16,356 nt of DNA from Octopus sinensis. Taxonomy: Eukaryota. The stretch is taken from assembly GCF_006345805.1 (NCBI RefSeq), contig NW_021825811.1, positions 1 to 16,356 on the forward strand, written 5' to 3'. This document shows, in pieces, positions 9,195 to 16,356 of this stretch (its first letter is position 1; the number at the start of each line of letters is the position of its first letter). The notes beneath the pieces were generated by a model, which was not told where the DNA came from, made no database searches, and saw only the letters and a list, made by a program, of their open reading frames with translations. The translations under genes and the position numbers were made by a program.

Positions 9195-9400
9195 TCTCCG
9201 TCGATTTCGGCGATGAGTATTCGTTCAGCAGAGCTAGTTTATTCGATATTTTAATAGTGTAGTGTCCGAGTATTCCGTAGACATGTTTGTGCCCTTGACG
9301 TAATTCTCGGGGTGGAGGTCGGTCGAATCAGCAGATCCCTTTCAATATTTACTAGTTAAAATCCATCGGACGAGGCTTCCACACGGTTTCCTCTCTACCA
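9195..9400 (-). mobile_element. Decayed SINE fragment (T tail + X body)
   Basis: CCGAGTATTCCGTAGACATGTTTGTGCCCTTGACGTAATTCTCGGGG matches 8277-8320; GACGAGGCTTCCACACGGTTTCC matches the X body at 2796-2820. Confidence 0.6.
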
Positions 9401-9504
9401 CCACCACCGGCCCCAAACTTCATTGCTCAAGGCTTGAAAAAGGGGTCTCGTGATGTCGGAGCAAATTTATTAACCATTCGAACAGGATTGTTTTTAATAC
9501 GTAC

Positions 9505-9680
9505 AAGTACACACATATGTGCATACACACACACACACACACACACTCACACACACATACATACTCACACATTCATACATACATACATATACACACGTAC
9601 GTACATATATACATACACACACATACATATCTATCTCTACCTCTTTCTATATTTCTCTCCCCCCCCCTCTTCTCTCTCTC
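9505..9680. repeat. (CA)/(CATA)/(TC) microsatellite block
   Basis: Read directly. Confidence 0.9.
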
Positions 9681-9690
9681 TCATATATAA

Positions 9691-9780
9691 TTTAAGTCCT
9701 GGGCTCGATTTACTCGACGAAACCCCTTCAAGGTGGTGTCCCCAACATCGCCGCAATCCAGTAACTGAAATATAAGGAAA
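9691..9780 (+). mobile_element. SINE U-tail fragment
   Basis: AAGTCCTGGGCTCGATTT...TTCAAGGTGGTGTCCCCAACATCGCCGCAATCC matches 12523-12587 and 7090-7170. Confidence 0.65.
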
Positions 9781-9784
9781 GCCA

Positions 9785-9850
9785 ATATATACACATACAT
9801 ACATACACACATACATACATATATAGTGTGTGTGTGTGTGTGTGTGTGTG
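9785..9850. repeat. (CATA)n/(TG)n microsatellite
   Basis: Read directly. Confidence 0.9.
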
Positions 9851-10137
9851 CTAAGCTGGTTGTGCAAATGCTTATGCTAATAATAATGATAATAAAAATA
9901 ATCTTATGTAATGCCTGCTCGTTGCATAATAATCTGGATAAATGTGGTTTAATCGTGATATTTCTGCGTTGTATGTTGAGGCTTAACTGGCGCGCAAATG
10001 TCCGCTGGTTCCAACATTCTGTCCAGTCGATTCGTCGCGAAGTTGTGGCGTTCATACCTGGCTTTATGAAAGATTAGTGATGCCATTGTAATAATACCAA
10101 CACACCACTACCATTCAGAACAGTAACAACTGCGAGT

Positions 10138-10515
10138 CAACGAGGAAGCGTGTGTGATTGTACAACCTCCTAGAAATAGCAGCCAAATCTCCCTCAAATC
10201 ACATTCAACTGGGTTCCTTGTGTATATTGAAAAGAAATGAATGATCACAGTGGAAATGACTTCGATCATCGATCTGTTTGATCGAATCAGACCTGTGGTT
10301 AAACGGTCGAGCCGACAAGGACGGCTTTATGCGACCACTTGAATGTGCCAATAATAGCAGCCAAAATCTGTGAAATCTCGCTTTAAAGTCTTAAAAAGAA
10401 AAGAAAACCCACTTTAAAAAAAGTAATCCTCGATGTACAAAAACATGGTTAAGACGAGTGTGTCAAGGTCGGAATGTCTCTGATCACAAGATCTCGTAGT
10501 TAAGGGTTGGTTGAT
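10138..10515 (+). mobile_element. Family R copies 8 and 9 (head-to-tail)
   Basis: CTAGAAATAGCAGCCAAATCTCCCTCAAATCAC (10170-10202); GATCACAGTGGAAATGACTTCGATCA...GACCTGTGGTTAAAC (10243-10304); AATAGCAGCCAAAATCTG (10353-10370); GTGTCAAGGTCGGAATGTCTCTGATCAC (about 10460-10487). Confidence 0.75.
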
Positions 10516-10653
10516 GGGAGATGGAGGGGACAGCGGCGGCACATTTGGTTTGATGTTAAGGCTCTCGGCTGAATGAGTGAATGACGTAACAATATTTTGA
10601 TAGACGGAAATAACAGCGACGATGCTCGGACTGAATGTCCGGTTTGGTAGGCA

Positions 10654-10679
10654 GGGGGTGGGGGCGGGCGTACGTGGGG
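10654..10679 (+). other. Canonical G-quadruplex motif
   Basis: GGGGG-T-GGGGG-C-GGG-CGTACGT-GGGG: four G-runs with loops of 1, 1 and 7 nt. Confidence 0.6.
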
Positions 10680-10744
10680 CAGTATGCGGCACAAGATAGC
10701 TTTGTCGACAAGGCGATTTGGGGTTCAATCCTTCGGCAGGGCGT

Positions 10745-10850
10745 CGGTGTGTGTGTTTATATATATATATATATATATATACAATACTGTGTATGTGTGT
10801 GTATATATGAGTGTGTATCTATGTGTATTTATATACACACACACACACCC
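10745..10850. repeat. (TG)/(TA)/(CA) microsatellite block
   Basis: Read directly. Confidence 0.9.
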
Positions 10851-10879
10851 ATATGCACATTATGTGTGTAATGGGAGAT

Positions 10880-11012
10880 GGTATAGTTGATAAAATCTAT
10901 CGCCCAATGTGTAACTGGATCTGTTTTATTTTATCGATCCTGATCAATAAATGTTAAAGTTGATTTCGGCTGGACTTTGAATTCTGGTGCTCTACCGATT
11001 CTAGCATCTCAC
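10880..11012 (-). mobile_element. SINE-Z remnant
   Basis: The reverse complement reads GAGATGCTAGAATCGGTAG...ATTCAAAGTCCAGCCGAAATCAACTTT...GGATCGATAAAATAAAAC...CCAGTT, colinear with 14420-14628. Confidence 0.55.
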
Positions 11013-11536
11013 CCCCAGAATGAATTCTGACTTTGGTGTCACACATTTGTTATTAGTGGAGGACAACTGGACCCTGTAATCAATTTAATTAATCTCGCTA
11101 TTTGATTGGAATTATTTTTATTATCGATCCTCGACCGAACCGAACTCAAGCTCTCCACCTCCGCTTCTATCGACTCTTTTACAATCATTATTTCAACACT
11201 CCCTTCATACACCCTCCTCATTTAACTCCTCTGGCATGGGTTACATGGAATTTATTGAAGCAAATTTTCTACAGCTGGATCCTCTTTCTGTCGCTAACCT
11301 TCACCCGTTTCCAAGCAAGGTAATATTTTCTCAAAGCTAGATATATTTTACACGGTGGACTGCAAACGAACAACCTCGCATATATAACAATGATGCTCGT
11401 TTAGAAGCACCATGTAATATATAGACAAGTGTGCCTACATTCATGCACGCACACACACACACACACAAGCAGGTGTCGGTCAAAAGTAACTCAAAGTTAA
11501 AAAGAGAAAGAACATATATAAATACATACGAAAGGT

Positions 11537-11675
11537 TTCTTTCAGTTTCCATCCATCAAATTCATTCTGAAGGCATTGGTCAGCCCGAGGCTAGAGCAGA
11601 AGACATTTCCCCAGGCACCGCGCAGTAGGACTGAACCCGTAACTGTTTGGTTGGGAACAAAGCTTCTCAACCACA
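11537..11675 (-). mobile_element. tRNA-derived SINE, X head/body
   Basis: Reverse complement: TGGTTGAGAAGCTT...CGGGTTCAGTCC (B-box-like)...CCTGGGGAAATGTCTTC...TAGCCTCGGGCTGACCAATGCC...GATGGAAACTGAAAGAA. Confidence 0.75.
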
Positions 11676-12379
11676 AAAAACTATTAGTACTACTAATATG
11701 ATACCCTATCCAGAATATAAGTTTTAAATATTGAAAATTAGGTCGATTAAAGATTTTATACAAACTTTTTTTAGTGTGAACTGTTTTCATGAGCAAATTT
11801 CTTTATGCTTTAATAAAATAGACTTGTTGCATCTCCACAGTTTCCAAAATAGCTATTTTCAAAAATTAAAATTTGTAAAATATCAATTTATTAAATAAAA
11901 TGGATAAAAGAGAGGCGAACTATTATATAGATAAGTGTGAGATGATGAAGTAAAAGGAGATACTCTATTGTCAGTCAACAAGCAAGATAGGTAGTCATGC
12001 AAGCAGAGAGAGAAATATAGATATGGTGGAATTAGGTGTAAGTGAGGAAGCGATTGAGTGAAAGGAGAGGTGAGGTGAAGAAGGATTTTTCTATGATTGA
12101 GAAAGGGAATGAAAAAGAAGTATGATAAAATAAAGTAGTGTGAAAGGGAAAGCAATGGCTCTGCTGAGAAGGGTGGAAAATAGTTTTAAAACAGAAAGAA
12201 AAGTGAAATAGATTATTAGATAGATGTTGGGTGACAAAGTGATGGACAGAGACTGAGAGAAGTTGTAGCTATAGCAACCAAAATAGCAGACTATCATAAG
12301 AAAGATGGTGACACAACAGAAGAGAATACCCGAAGCATTTCCTTTCTCGATTAAAAAATTAATAACAGGAGACAGAAGT

Positions 12380-12420
12380 AATATATATATATTATTATAT
12401 ATATATATTATTGTCTCGAA

Positions 12421-12491
<71 letters not shown>

Positions 12492-12505
12492 GTGTGTGTG
12501 TGTGG
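12380..12505. repeat. Long (TA)n (12428-12488, about 30 units) followed by (TG)n
   Basis: Read directly. Confidence 0.95.
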
Positions 12506-12522
12506 GAACAATCAAGCGACAA

Positions 12523-12587
12523 TTTTTAAGGCGGTGCTCCAGCATGGCCGCAGTCAAATGATTAAAACGAAAGAATAAAAGTAAAAG
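12523..12587 (+). mobile_element. SINE U-tail fragment
   Basis: TTAAGGCGGTGCTCCAGCATGGCCGCAGTCAAATGATTAAAAC, similar to 9727-9770. Confidence 0.7.
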
Positions 12588-12594
12588 GGTAACA

Positions 12595-12680
12595 ATATAT
12601 GTATGTATGTATGCATATGTATGTATGGATATATGTATGTATGTATATATAGAGAGAGAGAGAGATATAGATATATGTGT
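12595..12680. repeat. (TATG)n/(GA)n microsatellite
   Basis: Read directly. Confidence 0.9.
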
Positions 12681-12924
12681 GTAAATGGAATTGGATTCGG
12701 GGCTGCCTTGCGTGCAGCGTTCGTTTTTATCCAATTTATATTCATGTAAAAGTTGAATCTTGAGCTGTTGTCACTCTACATTTCCCGCTTTTAGCACATT
12801 GTGCAGGGGAGAGAGAGGGGGGGGCGCTCACCGAAACTTAAAATACACATGTTTATGGTTTCAGTTATAAACTGAGATGAGAAGATTGACCATAATAAAC
12901 GAAGACTCCGCGACACCAGCGCGC

Positions 12925-12960
12925 CACCACCACCGCCACCGCCGCCGCCGCCGCCGCCAT
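12925..12960. repeat. (CCA)n(CCG)n trinucleotide repeat
   Basis: Read directly. Confidence 0.9.
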
Positions 12961-13272
12961 CACAGCGAGTCCATGTAACGAAAATAACACCATTTATACC
13001 TTGAGCACAACATCTTCTTCCTCAAGCACAGTAAAGTGTTTCCATCAATTTTCTCAATCAGACGCCATCCTCTTCCTTTCACAAATCTAAATGCAGCGAT
13101 TGAAACTTCCATTTATTTTGATTTTACGTCGAACGCCATTTTCAAACAAGTTCTGCTTTGTTTTTTTCTTATTTTCTTTTTATTCTTCTCAAGCAATATG
13201 GCGTCATTATTATTGCTGGGTGTGTATAATGCTGTCACGAAAATATCTTTATATATATACATGACAGCATTT

Positions 13273-13274
<2 letters not shown>

Positions 13275-13306
<32 letters not shown>
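13275..13306. repeat. (TG)n microsatellite
   Basis: Read directly. Confidence 0.95.
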
Positions 13307-13307
<1 letters not shown>

Positions 13308-13481
13308 TAAAAATATAAATTTGGTATATGAGTTACTAATTCGGTGGGTGTATATATTTCTTCGCGTGATCCTTCAATTTCAAATAGTAAACTATACATA
13401 CATAGAAGGTGCGATGGGTAAATTGTGGCCATTTTATATCTTAATTTCGCCCTTGCGCATTGTTTTTGATTTTGATGACTA

Positions 13482-14179
13482 CACAGTATAGTAGGGTCAT
13501 TTGGGCACCGTCTGTGAGAAAAACAGCACCATTACGCAGTTCACTCTTCCAGAAATTTAGAAAGGACATGCGTTCATGCTGGAAACTCCAATACGAACAT
13601 TTCAGAGTGTTTGGGTCTGAGGACATGTACCGAGAGTGATAAAAATCAAACATCCAGTCAACATCATGGTGTTTGGAGTGATCACTAGCGATGGCGATGT
13701 GATGCCTCCATTTATCTTCCCACACGGCCTCACACTCAACTCAGGGGCCTACACCAAATGCCTGGAGGAGGTAGTACTGCCCTGGATAGAGAGGGTGGCT
13801 GCTTGAAGACCCTATGTCTGGCAACAGGACTCTGCACCATGCCAAGCGGGTAGGAGAACCCAGTCATGGCTACGACCACGTCACCCCTAACATCTGGCCA
13901 TTAACTCCCCAGACTTGCAACCCCCTTAATTATTATGTATGGTGCGCAGTTGAGCAAGAGACGAACAAAACTCCTTGTAACACCAAAGATGAACTGAAGG
14001 CAAGGATTATGGCAGCATTGACCAACTTAAACAAGGAGATCATCCAGAAGAGTTGCAGGAGATTCCAAAGTCGTCTGAAGATCGTGGTTTAAGCCAATGG
14101 CGATGTTATTGAATAGATTTTCTCTTTAGTATTTCAAGATATTTTTATGTAACTTTGGTGAATATATCTGTTAAAATGA
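13482..14179 (+). mobile_element. Decayed, internally deleted Tc1/mariner-superfamily DNA transposon (probably maT/DD37D-like); no TIRs found
   Basis: Contains the transposase remnant below. Outer boundaries are approximate and partly from recall of similar elements. Confidence 0.75.
13621..14116 (+). pseudogene. Transposase pseudogene fragment (catalytic domain)
   Basis: Frame from 13621: VPRVIKIKHPVNIMVFGVITSDGDVMPPFIFPHGLTLNSGAYTKCLEEVVLPWIERVAA*RPYVWQQDSAPC. After frameshifts: HVTPNIWP...CNPLNYYVWCAVEQETNKTPCNTKDELKARIMAALTNLNKEIIQKSCRRFQSRLKIVV*ANGDVIE*. QQDSAP and WP..SPD.NPLDY-like motifs are typical of mariner/maT DDD transposases. In-frame stops at 13804 and 14090. Confidence 0.88.
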
Positions 14180-14419
14180 TTGACCAATGGTTTCGCATCC
14201 ACGAAATCCGAAGCTTTGCGGACAGATCATCAGACTCTATACAAAGACAAGTCTAACTTTTCATCTCTCAGAGATGGAAGGGCCCCACCTCCGACAGATA
14301 AAGAACTAAATTTCTCTTTGCATAGGCTGTGATGAACTTTCGTGGACGCCAAGCCGACCAAACTTTAACTTTATTGCTAACGTTTCTGCCAGCTTGCCTT
14401 ATATATATAATATGTGTGT

Positions 14420-14628
14420 GAGCTGGCAGAAATGTTATAATGCCGAGCCAAATGCGTAGCGGTATTTCGTCTGTCTTTACGTTCTGAGTTCAAATTCCGC
14501 CGAGATCCACTTTGCCTTTCATACTTTCGGAGTCGATAAATTAAGTACCAGTTCCGTACTGGGATCGATCTAATCAACTGGCTCACTCCCCAAAATTTCG
14601 GACCTTGTGCCTAGAGTAGAAAAGAATT
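14420..14628 (+). mobile_element. Near-complete tRNA-derived SINE (Z family)
   Basis: GAGCTGGCAGAAATG (A-box-like), GAGTTCAAATTCC (B box), GTCGATAAATTAAGTACCAG, 3' end CCTAGAGTAGAAAAGAATT. Low-complexity flanks 14402-14420 and 14629-14647 are 17/19 identical. Confidence 0.85.
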
Positions 14629-14774
14629 TATATATTAAATGTGTGTGTATCATTCATCGTCGTTTGCTGAGTAATCCTGTAATGCTGAAAGGTTTAGTGT
14701 CCGAGTCCAGAAGTGGAGAGGATTGGCTGTTAAAAGAAACTGCTTGACCGTTCACTCTTAAACTGGCTTCCCGC

Positions 14775-14878
14775 TTTCTGTATTTTAAGTTCAAATTCCA
14801 ATAAAGTCGGCCGGGGCTGACTTTATCTTTCATTCCTTCGGCATTGTTAAAGTACTACTCTGAGTGTTGGGGTCAATT
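14775..14878 (+). mobile_element. SINE-Z remnant
   Basis: AAGTTCAAATTCC...GACTTTATCTTTCATTCCTTCGG...GGGGTCAAT, similar to 14487-14570. Confidence 0.6.
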
Positions 14879-14888
14879 TCTCACCGCC

Positions 14889-14906
14889 CCTCCCTCTCTC
14901 TCTCTC

Positions 14907-14962
<56 letters not shown>

Positions 14963-14977
14963 GCTCTCTCTCTCCTC
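14889..14977. repeat. (CT)n microsatellite
   Basis: Read directly. Confidence 0.95.
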
Positions 14978-16219
14978 CCCAATCGGCTCGGCTCCACGAA
15001 GGGAGCAAGAAAGGAAGGTTCACATCGTGGTCCCACCAGACATTCTCACCGCCACTCTATGGAACCAATAAGTAAAAAAAAACAAAAAAAAGAACAAATT
15101 TTTCTAAAACCCATTTATGAAAGTAGACAAGATGGAAAACTAAAAATTCTGCAGACTTAAGGTCAAAACAGTAGCAATGTTACATAACTGTGCCCCTGTG
15201 TTCATTTATAACGAGTTATGCCCATGAATGGGTGCGGTGGCGTTTGTTCACGTAACTAATGCCTGCCAATCTCATGAAACATGTGTAAAATATATATAAA
15301 GCTATGATAACACTGACTACATCTATTGGTGTTGCTGTGTGTGTCAACACTGGCTTCCGTGTGTTTGCAATTCGTTGATCCCGGACCCTGGCCCCTAATG
15401 AGGCCGCACCATCTGTCAGAAATATTCTTCAATTTACACTGAGATATCTTGGGGGGTGGGGGAAGGATATGTTGGATTATATCATCCAAATCCTAAATAT
15501 GCAAATGTTCGCCTAACCAACGGGATGATCATGAGTGGAACGCTTTTAGTTATAATGCTGTTCTGTTGGTTGTGAACTGGGGCTAAAAATATCCACTGAA
15601 CTACACCCCACCCGCACTCCACCCACTACTTATTGTTTTGTTGTATAATTAGCCAAGAACTTCTCAAGCAGTCGTCTCATTAACGGAATCTTCTCGCATA
15701 GAATAAGCGTCACATTGTGTTTGGCGACGTTGCGGCCCTTTGCATTCACAACAGCCATCTCCCCCACATTCGCTCATCCGGGGTGTTCTCTGCACAATCT
15801 CACCCGTTAGCTTCCGATCAACCTGACAAAAAAAGGAAGGAAGGCGGAGGAAAATGTGGTATCGAACTTGGAACATCACGGTTCCGAAACGAACTTGCTA
15901 ATCATCACCCCCACCCTGTCGTAAACCTCCAACGCAATCGCCTCTCAATTCACCCGTTTTGTTATGTTCCACGGAACAACGATAGATGACCAACTGCACC
16001 TCCTCATTGCACCTATTTACAGCTGTCATTGGGAATCAGCGATAGTAGAACATACCCGGAGTGTGCCGTTTAACTCACTCCAGATACACTAGGAGTATAT
16101 AGAATGAGGTGGTAGAGGCGGAGATACCCGTACATGCCATATTTCGCCTCTTACGTCATTTATTTTTGTCGTTCGTTCATTCAACAATCTTTTACTCAAT
16201 CAGTTTTTGCACCCCACCC

Positions 16220-16290
16220 CTCTCTCCCTCTCTCCACCCACATACACAACGCGCGCGCGCACACACACATACGCGTGTGTGTGTGAGTGA
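16220..16290. repeat. (CT)/(CA)/(CG)/(TG) compound microsatellite
   Basis: Read directly; includes a (CG)5 run. Confidence 0.9.
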
Positions 16291-16356
16291 CCATTCTTAT
16301 TCTCTCATTCTTTCTTCGCCTCTCTATCTGTCCCACGCCGCCTGTTTCTAATGTTT

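Noticed and set aside
12853-13030. Possible exon after a TTTCAG acceptor, encoding His/Arg or poly-Pro runs
   Set aside because: The runs come from a (CCA)(CCG) SSR, two frames close quickly, the third is low-complexity with no motif, and there is no convincing donor site.
15325-15575. Short hydrophobic readings (LLVLLCVSTLASVCLQF; MIMSGTLLVIMLFCWL) resembling a signal peptide or TM segment
   Set aside because: The first has no in-frame start, and the second is only a ~16-aa reading before a stop. Neither has splice support; both are expected by chance.
16105-16125. TGAGGTGGTAG resembling let-7 (and ACCCTGTA at about 11071 resembling miR-10)
   Set aside because: The let-7-like seed is mismatched, the 3' parts of both diverge from the known mature sequences, and I saw no convincing pre-miRNA hairpin.
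396-16351. Most ORFs in the six-frame track (HTHT, CVCV, YIYI, SLSL, ERER, poly-P/V/A runs), including 13036..13491 (151 aa) and 9681..10055 (124 aa)
   Set aside because: They are stop-poor readings through microsatellites, with no domain motifs and no coherent exon chain.

Overview
Repeat-dense, non-coding eukaryotic DNA, either intergenic or deep intronic. From memory, not from a database search, the SINE families and microsatellite load look like an Octopus (coleoid cephalopod) genome. I find no intact protein-coding gene or RNA gene. Most ORFs in the track run through microsatellites; the rest have no recognisable motif. The only recognisable protein remnant is a decayed, internally deleted mariner-type (probably maT/DD37D) transposase at about 13.5-14.1 kb. 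The rest is about 20 microsatellite blocks, about 13 copies or fragments of tRNA-derived SINEs (labelled here X, Y, Z), and about 9 copies of an oriented ~200-bp repeat with an (AAC)n/A-rich tail (family R), often head-to-tail. Best second-look items: (1) a 132-bp near-perfect palindrome at 496-627 with a double-template-switch signature; (2) a degenerate telomere-like, G4-capable tract nested in a family-R copy between 10-bp direct repeats; (3) the tandem, headless family R; (4) a complete SINE with A/B boxes, a T7 terminator and a candidate TSD; (5) head/tail module swapping among SINEs. I cannot support a new gene system in this window. Family labels are my own and boundaries of decayed copies are approximate.
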